A stretch of 64,000 bases of DNA from Candidatus Bilamarchaeaceae archaeon (GTDB lineage: Archaea > Micrarchaeota > Micrarchaeia > Anstonellales > Bilamarchaeaceae), in assembly GCA_038870635.1 (NCBI GenBank), contig JAVZJR010000001.1, positions 212,839-276,838 on the forward strand, written 5' to 3'. This document shows, one piece after another, positions 46,318-57,051 of the stretch. Under the pieces are notes generated by a model, which was given only the letters and a program-made list of their open reading frames with translations, ran no database searches and had not been told where the DNA came from. Both the position numbers and the translations under genes were made by a program. The first letter of the stretch is position 1, and each line of letters begins with the position of its first letter.

Positions 46318-48081
46318 TTATTTTTTAAATTTTTTTCTTATGATGTAATTGCCACATTGAGAGATATCAAGATGAGAATTGTCCATTGTAAAGAACAACT
46401 CTCTTATAAAACCTATAAGAGGATAACCATGGATATTTAAAGAAGTGTTTAATATGCCACCAATTCCAGTTAATTTTCTATATTCATTAATAAGATCCCA
46501 ATACTCTTTGTTGTGATTTATTTTAACAACATTTGGCCTCATTGTATAGTCTTTCCGATGAATAGCTGCCTTTAAATGTTTTTTGCCATCTTCTGTTGTA
46601 TCATAAGCAGTTATCATATAATAAGGTATAGATTTACCATTAAAAATTGCATAATCCTCAAAATGCGAATCCAAAACCGAGCAAGCGAAAGGCATCCAAA
46701 AATCACGTGATTTAATAGCATAATTAATCATTTCAACACTTTCTAATTTCGATGGGTCAGCAAGAATGGCCCTATTCCCTAAACTCCTTGCGCCAACTTC
46801 GCCCCTCCCTGCGAATCTTCCAACTATATTTCCTTCTGCGACTAATTGAGCAACTTCTTTATTTATGTTTTTTGATTTTTCCAGCTCGTATTTTTTATCT
46901 AATTCATTTTCCCTAAAAAATCTTTCGATTTCCTCGTCACTGTACTCCTTACCTAGATACATTGTTTCATTAGAAAAACCAAATTCGCCTTGTTTTTCTA
47001 AAACGTAAAAGGCAGCGCCTACAGCGTTCATTTCATCCCCGCATGAAGGCATGAAATAGCACTTTTCAATATCAGGTAGCTCTTGAATTTTTTTGTTTAG
47101 CTTAACGTTCATAAAAAGCCCGCCGCCAAATGCAATTTTTTTTATTTTATATTTTTCTATATTCTGCCTTACAAATTCTGTTATTTTATCTTCAATTAAT
47201 TGTTGAATACCAAAAGCAATATTATCAAATCTTTCACGATAAAGACGACCGCGAAGAACGGTGTACGTATAAGCGCCAGAAAGAAAAGTTTTGTATCTTA
47301 AAGAAATTTTTGTATCTTTGACTGTGATTAAATCTTCAAATTTATTTTTATATACCTTCATCCCGTATTCTTTCGGTGGATAAGCAGCAAGCCCCATTAC
47401 TTTATGTTCATGCTCAAGCTCTTTCATACCCAAATACTTTGTAACTGCTGCATATAACCAAGCAGTTGAATCAACAAAACTTGTAGTACTCAATAGCTTA
47501 TAGTTCCCGTTTTCATACACTCCTGTCATACCTGCAAGAGTATCACCATAACCATCTTGCGTAATTATTAAAACCGGTTCTTTTTGTTTATGTAAATTAA
47601 AGAAACCGATTGGCGCGTAACTGTGGCAAAGATGGTGGTGAACAAAAACTATTTGATCTTTTCGAAAACCAAAAAGATTTTTTAATAAGTTAATGGTCGC
47701 TGTCTGGCTAAACTTTTTCTTTATTTTTTTTTGATAAAAAGTATATAAATTCTCAAACAATGGAGAAGTAAAGCCAAAGTATCTACTTACTAAAGCAGCA
47801 AAAAATAAACCATAGACTTCAATAGTAACACTTGTATTTGTGTGTTGTTTAGAATCAGGTATTTGCACTGAAGGAACATATTCACCGGCGATAGCTACAA
47901 AATCGATATTATCCGCGTTTAAATTGTATGTATTCATTATATATTTTATTGAATTCAATGGAAAACCACTATAATTTTTAATATTTGTAAATTTTTCCTC
48001 TGATAAGGAAATTTCCAGTTTATTATTTAAAATAAGGGCCGCGGTTGCATTATGGCCTACATGGATGGACAAAATATTCAT
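46318..48081 (-). CDS. Carbamoyltransferase (NodU/CmcH family)
   Basis: GHNATAAL, SEEKF, HHHLCH, DGYGD, KVMGLAAY, GARSLGNRAILA, RDFWMPFA, LNTSLN. Confidence 0.93.
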   Translation of the reverse strand: MNILSIHVGHNATAALILNNKLEISLSEEKFTNIKNYSGFPLNSIKYIMNTYNLNADNIDFVAIAGEYVPSVQIPDSKQHTNTSVTIEVYGLFFAALVSRYFGFTSPLFENLYTFYQKKIKKKFSQTATINLLKNLFGFRKDQIVFVHHHLCHSYAPIGFFNLHKQKEPVLIITQDGYGDTLAGMTGVYENGNYKLLSTTSFVDSTAWLYAAVTKYLGMKELEHEHKVMGLAAYPPKEYGMKVYKNKFEDLITVKDTKISLRYKTFLSGAYTYTVLRGRLYRERFDNIAFGIQQLIEDKITEFVRQNIEKYKIKKIAFGGGLFMNVKLNKKIQELPDIEKCYFMPSCGDEMNAVGAAFYVLEKQGEFGFSNETMYLGKEYSDEEIERFFRENELDKKYELEKSKNINKEVAQLVAEGNIVGRFAGRGEVGARSLGNRAILADPSKLESVEMINYAIKSRDFWMPFACSVLDSHFEDYAIFNGKSIPYYMITAYDTTEDGKKHLKAAIHRKDYTMRPNVVKINHNKEYWDLINEYRKLTGIGGILNTSLNIHGYPLIGFIRELFFTMDNSHLDISQCGNYIIRKKFKK

Positions 48082-48111
48082 AAAACCACTATTTATCTTA
48101 TTTAAATTACC

Positions 48112-49335
48112 TTATTTAAAATTTGAATTAATAATTTTAGAAAATATTTTTATAGCTTCTTTTGCATTTTCTGGCTTTATTGGATAAATTAATCTTTTAG
48201 CTGTATTTCGACCAATAAATAAACTTTTCAATGATTGTAAAAAGCGGATTGGAATGAAAATAATAGCTTTAACTAAACCAAAGAAAATATTAAAGCGAGA
48301 AGTCTTTAATATTATTTCATCAGTATATATAGTTGCTTTTTTTGATATAAAAAGCGATATGAATAAAAACGGAGTTAGAAGAAAACGCAAAATAGAAGAA
48401 TAAGGGTAAAAACCTTTTTCTTTAACTCTTTTTATTTCTAATATTTTGTTATTAATAAGGGCAGGATAAAAAAACTGAAAAAAAGGGGCTTTCTCAAGAG
48501 TTTTTGATAGTTCTCTATCTGAAAAAACATCAGCAAAGAATGAGTAAAACACATACCAAAGAATAAATTTTGCTATAGCAGATAAATCAGAAAAACTATG
48601 TAAAATAAAAGATTTCATAATTCCTGCTATATAAGGATAAAACTTTCTTTTTTCAGCCATTTTGTGGAATATTGTGTAACCAGCACGTGGATGTACAACA
48701 TAAGCATTTTTGTTAATATAGATTAAGTTCGCTTTTCCCAGTCTGATAAGTAATTCAAAATCTTCACCCCCTCTCCACGTATATGGAAGGTGAAAACCAA
48801 CAACCCCAAAAGCCTTCCGTGGATAGAATGCGAAGCCATTTACATTATAACTAAGTGCTTTATCTGGATTTGCGTCTTCTAAAGAAATACAAACAGGAAA
48901 AACAACTTTGTTTTCCTTTTTTACGATTTTTCTACATTCTAGGAAGGATCTTTTAGAATCTATAAAAACATTTATATCTGCTACAACTATTATTTCATAA
49001 CCTAAAGAATAGCCTAGATAAGTAGCTGCAAAAAAAGCGCCAGAGGTTCCTAATGGAATTTTTTCTTTTATTTGAAGAGCATTCAAATTTAGTGGAATAA
49101 AATCTAATCCATGTTTGTAAACAAAAATTACATCTGCCACTTCATTTATTTCAGTATCTTTCAAATATTTTACAAAATTTTTAAGTTCTTCTATATCTCC
49201 GACGGGGGCTACAATAACCGTATCTTTCATATTTTTTATATTAAGAGAAAAAGAAGAGAGTAAAATATCCAAACCACTATCTAAAAGAATTTGACTTACT
49301 TTTTTCTCTGTTAAAAAATCATGATTATTCTTCAT
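48112..49335 (-). CDS. Divergent GT2-like glycosyltransferase
   Basis: LGTSGAF, IIVVAD, GGEDFEL..R, VVHP; glycan-locus context. Confidence 0.6.
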   Translation of the reverse strand: MKNNHDFLTEKKVSQILLDSGLDILLSSFSLNIKNMKDTVIVAPVGDIEELKNFVKYLKDTEINEVADVIFVYKHGLDFIPLNLNALQIKEKIPLGTSGAFFAATYLGYSLGYEIIVVADINVFIDSKRSFLECRKIVKKENKVVFPVCISLEDANPDKALSYNVNGFAFYPRKAFGVVGFHLPYTWRGGEDFELLIRLGKANLIYINKNAYVVHPRAGYTIFHKMAEKRKFYPYIAGIMKSFILHSFSDLSAIAKFILWYVFYSFFADVFSDRELSKTLEKAPFFQFFYPALINNKILEIKRVKEKGFYPYSSILRFLLTPFLFISLFISKKATIYTDEIILKTSRFNIFFGLVKAIIFIPIRFLQSLKSLFIGRNTAKRLIYPIKPENAKEAIKIFSKIINSNFK

Positions 49336-49358
49336 GAAAACACCTGCAAATAAAGCTG

Positions 49359-50453
49359 TTATTTTTTGAAAAACTCTGCTATTTTATCAACTATATAGTA
49401 TACATCATTGTCACTAAGATTAACTGATGAAGGCAACCACAAACCCCGCGCAGAAATATCTTCAGTAATTGGAAAAGTACCCTCATAATCAAATGCTGGT
49501 TCTGAATGAAGAGGAGGATAAAAAGACCTTGTACCTATTCCTTTTTCTTTTAAAAAATCCATCAGTGGTTTTTTATCTTTTTTATCTTTTACTAAAACAT
49601 CAAAAGCGCACAAAGCAGTTTCCTTAAAATCAGTTGGGATAAGCTCTATTTCTGGTATTTCTTTTAACAAAGAGTAATATAATTTACCGATTTCCTTTTT
49701 CCTTTTAATTCTCCAATCAAGTTTTTTCAGTTGTTCCATACCTATCACTGCTTGAAGATCAGTAACTTTAAAATTCCACCCTTTTAAGACAAAGTGGTCC
49801 CCATCTGGTGACTCTCTTCCAAAATTCCTTATCTTTTTCATTTTTTCAAATATTTCATCATTATTAGTTACCACTGCTCCTCCCTGCCCTGTTGAGATTA
49901 TCTTTGGCATGCTAAAGGAAAAGCTCCCTATATCGCCATAAGTACCAAGAAATTTTCCATAAGCTGTAGAACCAAGGGATTGCGCGGCATCTTCGATCAA
50001 CCATATGTTATTTTTTTTACAAAAATATACGAAATCATTTATTCTCTTAGGATAGCGAGCGTTCATAGAAACTAACATTATCGCTTTTGTCTTATCACTA
50101 ATGGCTTCTTTCATAAGATTAAAGTCCATACATAATGATTCTTTTTCAATATCTACAAAAACTGCTTTTGCACCAAAAATCTCAACGGCAGTAGCACTAG
50201 CAACAAACGTATAGTCTGGAACAATAACTTCATCATCTTTTTTAATACCAATCGCAGCCAAAGCTAGCATTAAGGAAACAGTACCATTAAAAACGAAAGA
50301 ACAATACTTTATACCTAAATATTTAGCAAGCATTTCTTCGAATTCTCTAGTCTTTTTAAATTCAGTTAACCAGCCCCCAGATTCCATATACTTCATAACT
50401 GCGTCTCTTTCCTCAGGACCAAAAACTGGTTCTATTTGATTTATAAATCTCAT
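49359..50453 (-). CDS. DegT/DnrJ/EryC1/StrS sugar aminotransferase (perosamine-synthase-like)
   Basis: NGTVSL, TFVASA, IEDAAQSLG, FSFSMPKIISTGQGG, GLWLPS. Confidence 0.93.
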   Translation of the reverse strand: MRFINQIEPVFGPEERDAVMKYMESGGWLTEFKKTREFEEMLAKYLGIKYCSFVFNGTVSLMLALAAIGIKKDDEVIVPDYTFVASATAVEIFGAKAVFVDIEKESLCMDFNLMKEAISDKTKAIMLVSMNARYPKRINDFVYFCKKNNIWLIEDAAQSLGSTAYGKFLGTYGDIGSFSFSMPKIISTGQGGAVVTNNDEIFEKMKKIRNFGRESPDGDHFVLKGWNFKVTDLQAVIGMEQLKKLDWRIKRKKEIGKLYYSLLKEIPEIELIPTDFKETALCAFDVLVKDKKDKKPLMDFLKEKGIGTRSFYPPLHSEPAFDYEGTFPITEDISARGLWLPSSVNLSDNDVYYIVDKIAEFFKK

Positions 50454-51025
50454 AACAAACCTCGTTTTACATCATCCATTAATTTTTCAGCTTGTTTTTT
50501 TATTAGCGTACCATCTCTTTTTCCTAATTCTTTTGCGGGTATACCTGCATAAAGTGTCCATGGTTTGTATTCACCCTTTTTTACCAATGAAAAAGCACCA
50601 ATCGAAACGCCTTCTGGTAAATGAACGCCTGGAAGTATGACAACGTTACAACCAAGAAGAACATGATCATCTATCTTAATTGGTGCTATATCAGATTCAG
50701 CTCCATATCCTTCTGGTATGGGAGGACCAACAAGACCTCCACCTCGGTAGTCATTCTGCCCACCAACTAAGCAGCAATTCGGGCCGATATTAACAAAATT
50801 TCCTATTGTAACTTTAGCTTTTGCACCGCCTATCATTTTACACCCGGCACTGATATGCGTAAAATCACCAACACTTAATTGGCAGGAAATATAAGCAAAA
50901 TCATCAATTATGCTGTTTCTCCCCATCTCAAAAAATTCAGGTCGTCTAATTCTTACTGTTTTGCCGATTATTGAATTCTTGCCAATTTTTTTAATTTTAG
51001 AAAGGTCAAAAAAAATATTTTCCAT
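50450..51025 (-). CDS. Hexapeptide-repeat acyltransferase
   Basis: Left-handed beta-helix repeats, ILPGV, IGAFSLV, YAGIPAK. Confidence 0.88.
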   Translation of the reverse strand: MENIFFDLSKIKKIGKNSIIGKTVRIRRPEFFEMGRNSIIDDFAYISCQLSVGDFTHISAGCKMIGGAKAKVTIGNFVNIGPNCCLVGGQNDYRGGGLVGPPIPEGYGAESDIAPIKIDDHVLLGCNVVILPGVHLPEGVSIGAFSLVKKGEYKPWTLYAGIPAKELGKRDGTLIKKQAEKLMDDVKRGLL

Positions 51026-51083
51026 AGAATAATTACATCAGCATATTTTTTAATTTTAACCTAATAAAAAATGAAAGGATTGG

Positions 51084-52175
51084 ATGATGAGAATTGCAGA
51101 AATTTTAATAGAGCCAAAGTATCCCATAAAAACAAGCGGAGAAATTGTTATAGAAAATCTTATTGCTCAAATTAAACAGATTTACGGAAACAAATATGAT
51201 ATTACAATTATAAAAAGAAGTGAATTTAAGATTGATAGTATAGTAAATGGAATTTTTAGCATGGTTGAAACACGTATAATCAGAAGTATTTTGATATTTT
51301 TACTGGGAGTAATAATTTTGCCAAAAATAAATACAATTTTAAAAAATTTTGATGTTGTAATAATTAATGGTTATTTTACAGCAGTCTTTTTATTTCCTTA
51401 TTTAATAATAAAGAAGAAAAAAAGTATTTATTGTCCTCACACCAATGTAAAACCAACAAAGATCAATGCGTGGCTAATGAATTTTTTTGATGCAGTGGTA
51501 TTTTTATCCGATTACAATCGGCAAGAACTGATAAATAAAAATAAAAAACTAGCCAGCAAAACCTATGTCATATATAACTTTGTTCAAAATAATAAAGTCA
51601 AAATTAAAAAAAATATAAAGAAAAATAGTTTAGAATACTTGTTTGTAGGTAGAGCAGTTGAAGTAAAAAGACCATGGTTATTTATAGAGAGCATCATAGA
51701 AGCGGTAAAATTAAACAGAAATATAAAAGCTACCATGGTAATTTCAAAAGGAAGTTTGGAAAATAAAATAAAAGAAATGATAATTGATGCAGAAAAAAAA
51801 TATAATTGTAAAATAAGCCTATTCCAAAATGTAAAAAGAACAGAATTAGAAAATATATACAATAAAGCAGATGTTTTTGTTTTTACATCAACTCAAGATG
51901 AAGGATTCGGAGTCGTTTTATTAGAAGCTATGCAACATGGCCTGCCAATTATATGCACAGACCATCCAAAATTCAAGGAAATACTAAGGAATAGCGCGCT
52001 ATATTTTAATGATAAAGAATCGCTTGTAGAAAAAATATTGAAACTATCACAAGATAATAAATTATACTCGAAATACAAAAGTAGATCTTTAAAAAGATTT
52101 CATAGTTTTTCTCCACAAGAAATAACTAAAAAATGGATAGAATTATTTAACAAACTTGAGATACAAGAAAAATAA
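51084..52175 (+). CDS. Glycosyltransferase family 4
   Basis: FVGR...K, EGFGVVLLEAMQHGLPII. Confidence 0.9.
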   Translation: MMRIAEILIEPKYPIKTSGEIVIENLIAQIKQIYGNKYDITIIKRSEFKIDSIVNGIFSMVETRIIRSILIFLLGVIILPKINTILKNFDVVIINGYFTAVFLFPYLIIKKKKSIYCPHTNVKPTKINAWLMNFFDAVVFLSDYNRQELINKNKKLASKTYVIYNFVQNNKVKIKKNIKKNSLEYLFVGRAVEVKRPWLFIESIIEAVKLNRNIKATMVISKGSLENKIKEMIIDAEKKYNCKISLFQNVKRTELENIYNKADVFVFTSTQDEGFGVVLLEAMQHGLPIICTDHPKFKEILRNSALYFNDKESLVEKILKLSQDNKLYSKYKSRSLKRFHSFSPQEITKKWIELFNKLEIQEK

Positions 52176-52190
52176 ATATAAGGTGAGCAT

Positions 52191-52889
52191 ATGAAAGATA
52201 AGTTTTTGATAACTTCAAAAAATATAATGAAAAAGATATTATCTCTCTTATCTTTTTTAATTCCAATATACTTTTCTAACTATTTTATAAGATTTATAGT
52301 TTTCTTATTTTTTCCCAATTTAAAATTTGATAAAACCGCCAGGATAAATATTACAAAAATAAATACATATCAATTCGGTAAACATTGTTGCATTGGTAAA
52401 TATGTTGTTATAGGACCCTATTTTAAATTAGGAGATTATAGCTATATAAATGAGGAAACAATAATATCTTCATCTAAAAAATCTCCTGTTTTGATTGGAA
52501 AGTTCTGTTCCATTGCAGATAGGGTTACAATCGCCCCAACTAACCACCAATACAACAACATTACTACGTCGCCTTCTCTCTATAATATAATTGGAATCAC
52601 TCCAAAAAATTATTCGAAAGGAGGGGTAAAAATAGGAAATGACGTATGGATTGGAACAAAATCTATTATAATGGATGGAGTAACTATCGGAGATGATGCT
52701 GTAATTGCAGCAGGTTCTGTGGTTACACACGATGTTCCACCATATACTATAGTTGAGGGCGTACCAGCAAAAACAATAAAAATGCGTTTCACCCCCTCAA
52801 AAATTAAAAAGTTATTAGAAATAAAATGGTGGGAATGGGATGAAGATAAGATAAAAAGAAACAAAAATTTCTTTATTAGCGGGCTGTAA
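52191..52889 (+). CDS. CatB/Vat-related O-acetyltransferase
   Basis: IGKFCSIA, IGNDVWIG, GVTIGD, VTHDVPPY, LLEIKWWEW; GGTGA RBS. Confidence 0.9.
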   Translation: MKDKFLITSKNIMKKILSLLSFLIPIYFSNYFIRFIVFLFFPNLKFDKTARINITKINTYQFGKHCCIGKYVVIGPYFKLGDYSYINEETIISSSKKSPVLIGKFCSIADRVTIAPTNHQYNNITTSPSLYNIIGITPKNYSKGGVKIGNDVWIGTKSIIMDGVTIGDDAVIAAGSVVTHDVPPYTIVEGVPAKTIKMRFTPSKIKKLLEIKWWEWDEDKIKRNKNFFISGL

Positions 52890-52902
52890 AAAATAGGGCG
52901 AA

Positions 52903-54021
52903 TTATTGAACAAAGATTAAAATACAAAATTGATTGATAGTAAATGTCTTATTTGAGACCACCTCTCCTTGTGGATTACTGATTGGGATAACTGCTTTCT
53001 TTGGATTGCTGGCTTTTTCCACAAGATAAGATAGTATTTGTTTTGAAGCTGGTATCGCATCGGTATCTGCTATTATTATAATTTCATAATCTTATCTGAA
53101 TAGAGCATAAGAACCAATAAAAAAAGCCCCAGAGGTCCCTAATGAAAACTCTTCTTTTGCATGGACTGCTGATAAATCTTTGAAAAGTTCCGCGTAGGGA
53201 TCTATAGAAAGACCTTTTCTATAAAGGAAAAAATAATGTATTTTATTATATCCATCTAATTGCCGCATAGTTGTGATGAACTCCTTTAATTGGAGGAGCA
53301 TTTCTACCACTGGACAAAAAAGAGCTATTTGTGCATTATTTTTTCTCTTATCTGCAACTATCTTACATAGAGGAACTATCATAGATGTATAATACTTTCG
53401 ATTTTTTGTATTTATTTCATAGTGCTGTATATCAGTACCATAATCTTGAAGATTTATAGAAAAAGTAGTTATTAATTCGTCCAACATGATAGCACCTTTC
53501 CCGCATACATTAAATACTTCTTTGTTTTTCATTAACAATTTTTCTATTATTTTGGCGACAACAGCGGTATTTATAAACTGAAATTGCGACTTAGGATTAA
53601 TAAAAAGTTTTTTGAGATAAATTATGTCATATATGGGGTTTTTCTTTAAACCTTCACCAATCATTCCTCCTAATCGAAGAATTAACCAATTTTGAGCATA
53701 TTTTTTAACTAAGAGTTCACCTAAGTACTTATCGAAGCCATAATTAGAAAGCAGTTCTGGTTTTATAATAACATCTTCATAATTATTCAGTGGATTTGAT
53801 ACATCATTATAGACATCTACTGATGATAAATAAACGTACTTCCTTATTTTAAAATCAAATAAAGTGTTTAAAGTAGTCTGCACATTCATTTCAAAATCAA
53901 GTTTTGGCTCTCTTGCAGCAAGTAATTTTTTTGAATTGCCATTTGCATTTATAAAAACATCAAAATACTGACCAAATAATGAAGAATAGTTATCTCTGTT
54001 TATACCAATAACTTCATAATC
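52903..54021 (-). pseudogene. Decayed fusion: N-terminally deleted NAD-dependent epimerase joined to a fragment of a GT2-like paralog of 48112-49335
   Basis: Epimerase frame lacks start and GxxGxxG (begins DYEVIGINR after TGA 54022-54024); 3' part matches LGTSGAFF...YEIII.AD with in-frame TAA at 53092-53094 and ends prematurely. Confidence 0.8.
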
Positions 54022-54943
54022 TCAACTTATCTAGATTGCTAATAAACCAATTATATGTTTTTCTAACACCGTCCTTTAAATTTGTTTTTGGTTGAAAGCT
54101 GAGCTCAGTATTCATTCTTGTAACATCAAAAATTTTCACTGGATGGCCGTCAGGTTTTGTAGGATCCCATGTAATTTTTCCTTCAAAACCAACAACTTCT
54201 TTTACTATTTCAACAAGCTCTTTTATTGCAACTCCATTTCCAGTAGAAATATTTATCGGCATCTCAGAATGGTAATTATCAAGCATAATAACAAGGGCAT
54301 CGGTAACATCATCTACATATATAAAATCTCTCACAGGCTTTCCACTTCCCCAAACAATCACTTCTTTGTCTCCTCTTTCTTTTGCAAAATGGAACCGCCT
54401 TATGAGACCTGGAATAACATGCGAACCTGTTTCAGAAAAATTATCATAAGGACCATAAGCATTTCCAGGGATTGCTGCTACCCAATCCAATTTATATTGT
54501 TTTCTGTATGCAACAATTTGTAGGTAATTAGTTGCCTTCGCAAGTGAATAGAACATAGCATTTTCATCAGGAAGCCCCCTAAAAAGATATTCTTCTTTAA
54601 TAGGGTTAGGTGCATCTTTTGGATAGGAACAACCACAAAAAGTATAAATAAGCCTTTTAACACCAGCCTTTCTTGCTTCTTCTAAAAAATAAGTATTTAT
54701 CGCAAGGTTTGTATATATAAAATCAGCTGGATAAGTTTTGTTAGCAAGGATGCCGCCGACCTTTGCAGCAAGATGGTACACTACATCTGGTGAAATATCC
54801 TTAAACAATTTACGAATTTCATTTTGTTCTAATAAATTGTAATCTTTTGAAGATAGAGCAATAACCTCATATCCTTTATTAATCAATTTGGGCACTAAAT
54901 TACTTCCTATGAACCCTGTACCACCAGTAACTAAAATTCTCAT
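54014..54943 (-). CDS. GDP-L-fucose synthase-like epimerase/reductase (Fcl/WcaG family)
   Basis: GGTGFIG, AAKVGGI.AN..YPADF, YSLAK, YGPYDNF, SHVIPGL, WGSG...RDF. Confidence 0.9.
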   Translation of the reverse strand: MRILVTGGTGFIGSNLVPKLINKGYEVIALSSKDYNLLEQNEIRKLFKDISPDVVYHLAAKVGGILANKTYPADFIYTNLAINTYFLEEARKAGVKRLIYTFCGCSYPKDAPNPIKEEYLFRGLPDENAMFYSLAKATNYLQIVAYRKQYKLDWVAAIPGNAYGPYDNFSETGSHVIPGLIRRFHFAKERGDKEVIVWGSGKPVRDFIYVDDVTDALVIMLDNYHSEMPINISTGNGVAIKELVEIVKEVVGFEGKITWDPTKPDGHPVKIFDVTRMNTELSFQPKTNLKDGVRKTYNWFISNLDKLRL

Positions 54944-54952
54944 AAAAACCAC

Positions 54953-55954
54953 TTAATAATTTTTAAACCTATAATCTCTAAATGCTTGATAACCTTTTAT
55001 AAGTTCATCTATGCCTTCATCTAAAGTATACTTATAAACAAAACCTGTTTTTTGTATTTTTTCTGTTGAAACAATATAATTTCTTTTATCTGGGTCTTGG
55101 CCAATCTCAGCATAGAAAATATTAAGGTTAGGTATTTTCTTTTTTATTAATAAAGCAAGTTCTTCTTTTGAAATGTTATAATCAGGATGGCCTAGATTGT
55201 AAATATTATTTTTCATTTTTTCCCAATTAACCATTGCCCAAAGAAAACCTCTAGCGGCATCACGCACATGCAAAAAATTACGTTTAAATGTTCTCTCAAA
55301 AAGCACTATGCTTTTGTCTGTTAACGCTTTAAGTACAAAATCATTAACTAAGAGGTCTGTTCGCATTCTAGGAGAAAAACCAAAAAGAGTTGCGAGTCTA
55401 AATGAAATCGAATTACCTTCTGCCATCACTACTTTTTCCGCTTCTGCTTTACTTTTTCCATAAGTAGAGATCGGATTTAAAGGTGATTCTTCAGTACAAA
55501 ATGTTTCCCCTGTTGTAGTTCCATAACCAGAGTTTGTATTCGGAAAAATTATTTTCTCTTCTTTCTTTCGGTACTTTAATAAATTTACTATTGCGTGGTG
55601 ATTAATCATCCATGTTATCTCTGGTTTTTGTTCAGAAATAGGAAAACCTACAATAGCAGCAAGAGGAAAGATAAAATCATATTTTCTTTGTGAAAGTAGA
55701 GTAGCGATTAGTTTATCATTAGTAACATCACCATAAATAAACTCAAGTTTTTGTGTATAAAAAAGGTTAAATAAAGTATTCTGACCATAGGATAAATTAT
55801 CTATAACTGTAACTTTGAAACCTCTATTTATAAGCATCTCTACAAGAACTGAGCCTAAATAACCAGAACCGCCTGTAACAAGAATGGTGGTTCCATCTTC
55901 TGCCATCTTTTTTAATTTTGTTTCTGTTATCTTGTCAAACTCATCCACAAACAT
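54953..55954 (-). CDS. Extended SDR; GDP-heptose C4-dehydrogenase-like (C. jejuni Cj1427-type)
   Basis: GGSGYLGS, PLAAIVG.P, FPNTNSGYG, CTEESPLNPIS.YG..K, FRLAT.FG.SPRMR.DLLVNDF, IGQDPDKRNY. Confidence 0.8.
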   Translation of the reverse strand: MFVDEFDKITETKLKKMAEDGTTILVTGGSGYLGSVLVEMLINRGFKVTVIDNLSYGQNTLFNLFYTQKLEFIYGDVTNDKLIATLLSQRKYDFIFPLAAIVGFPISEQKPEITWMINHHAIVNLLKYRKKEEKIIFPNTNSGYGTTTGETFCTEESPLNPISTYGKSKAEAEKVVMAEGNSISFRLATLFGFSPRMRTDLLVNDFVLKALTDKSIVLFERTFKRNFLHVRDAARGFLWAMVNWEKMKNNIYNLGHPDYNISKEELALLIKKKIPNLNIFYAEIGQDPDKRNYIVSTEKIQKTGFVYKYTLDEGIDELIKGYQAFRDYRFKNY

Positions 55955-56013
55955 AAGAACACCAACAAAATGTATTATATAATATTATAAAAGTTTTCTT
56001 AAAAAAATAAAAC

Positions 56014-57051
56014 ATGAAAACTCTTTATATAAAAGCTCGTGCTCCTTCTAGAATAGGAATTGGTGGGGGGGGTTCAGACCTACCTGCCTTTTTTGAAAGA
56101 TATAGTGGCGCAGTGTTAAATGCTGCTGTCGATCTCTATTCCTACACTAAAATTCATTTAAATGGAAATAAAAATACAAAAATAATATCTCATGATTGGG
56201 AATTTGCAAGAGAGATAACTGACACCAATCTTGAATTTGAACAAAATAAAAAAGACAATGTAGATATAATAAAAGCAGTGATGAAAGAATGTGAACTCAA
56301 CCCCGCGAACGGCTATGAAATTCTCATACACTCGATGGCACCTAAAAACAGCGGGCTTGCAGGCTCATCCGCATTACTAGTTTCGTTACTACTTGCAATG
56401 TCAAATGTGGCGGGTAAACCAATCCTTGACAGAAAAATTCTTGCCGAAACTGCGATAGATATAGAGAGAAATATTCTCAAAAGAATAGGTGGGCACCAAG
56501 ATCAATATGCGTCTGTTTTTGGAGGGTTTAATTTTATTGAATTTTCAAAAAATGAAACTAAAATATATCCGTTAAGATTGCAGGAAGACCTTATAGCAGA
56601 ACTCCACTCAGCGATGATGTTGTTTGAAACACCTTACCAAAGGGTGCAACAAGCGCATGAAATAGAAAAAAAGAAAGAAGAAGACATCTGTAGAGAAGGA
56701 GAGAGTGTTGAACATTTAAAAAAGATAAGAGATTATGCTTATGATATGAAAAATGCTCTTATCAGTGGAGACTTGCAAGCACTTGGGGAACTTCTTCATC
56801 AATCATGGTTAGAAAAACAAAAATTACCAGGTGTAGCTGACAAAAACATTGAAAGATTATATAAGATTGCCCTTGAGAATGGTGCATATGGTGGTAAACT
56901 GTGCGGTGCAGGCTCAGGAGGTTTTTTATTTGTAATAGCTGAATTATCAAATAGGAAAAAAGTTATAAATGCACTAAAAAAAGAAGGCGGGAATTTAGTT
57001 AATTTTGACTTTGATTTTAAGGGGGCACTCACATGGAGGACAGCATATTAA
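56014..57051 (+). CDS. hddA: D-glycero-alpha-D-manno-heptose 7-phosphate kinase (GHMP)
   Basis: ARAP.RI..GGGGSD, SGLAGSS, GGHQDQYA..FGGFN, GGKLCGAGSGGF. Confidence 0.9.
   Translation: MKTLYIKARAPSRIGIGGGGSDLPAFFERYSGAVLNAAVDLYSYTKIHLNGNKNTKIISHDWEFAREITDTNLEFEQNKKDNVDIIKAVMKECELNPANGYEILIHSMAPKNSGLAGSSALLVSLLLAMSNVAGKPILDRKILAETAIDIERNILKRIGGHQDQYASVFGGFNFIEFSKNETKIYPLRLQEDLIAELHSAMMLFETPYQRVQQAHEIEKKKEEDICREGESVEHLKKIRDYAYDMKNALISGDLQALGELLHQSWLEKQKLPGVADKNIERLYKIALENGAYGGKLCGAGSGGFLFVIAELSNRKKVINALKKEGGNLVNFDFDFKGALTWRTAY

Noticed and set aside
52191..52889. Antibiotic-resistance gene (vat/catB)
   Set aside because: Hexapeptide acetyltransferases are routine in glycan loci, and the context favours sugar O-acetylation
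53092..53094. Stop-codon readthrough or recoding at the in-frame TAA
   Set aside because: TAA is the normal stop throughout the window, and the surrounding gene is also truncated and fused, so decay is the simpler explanation
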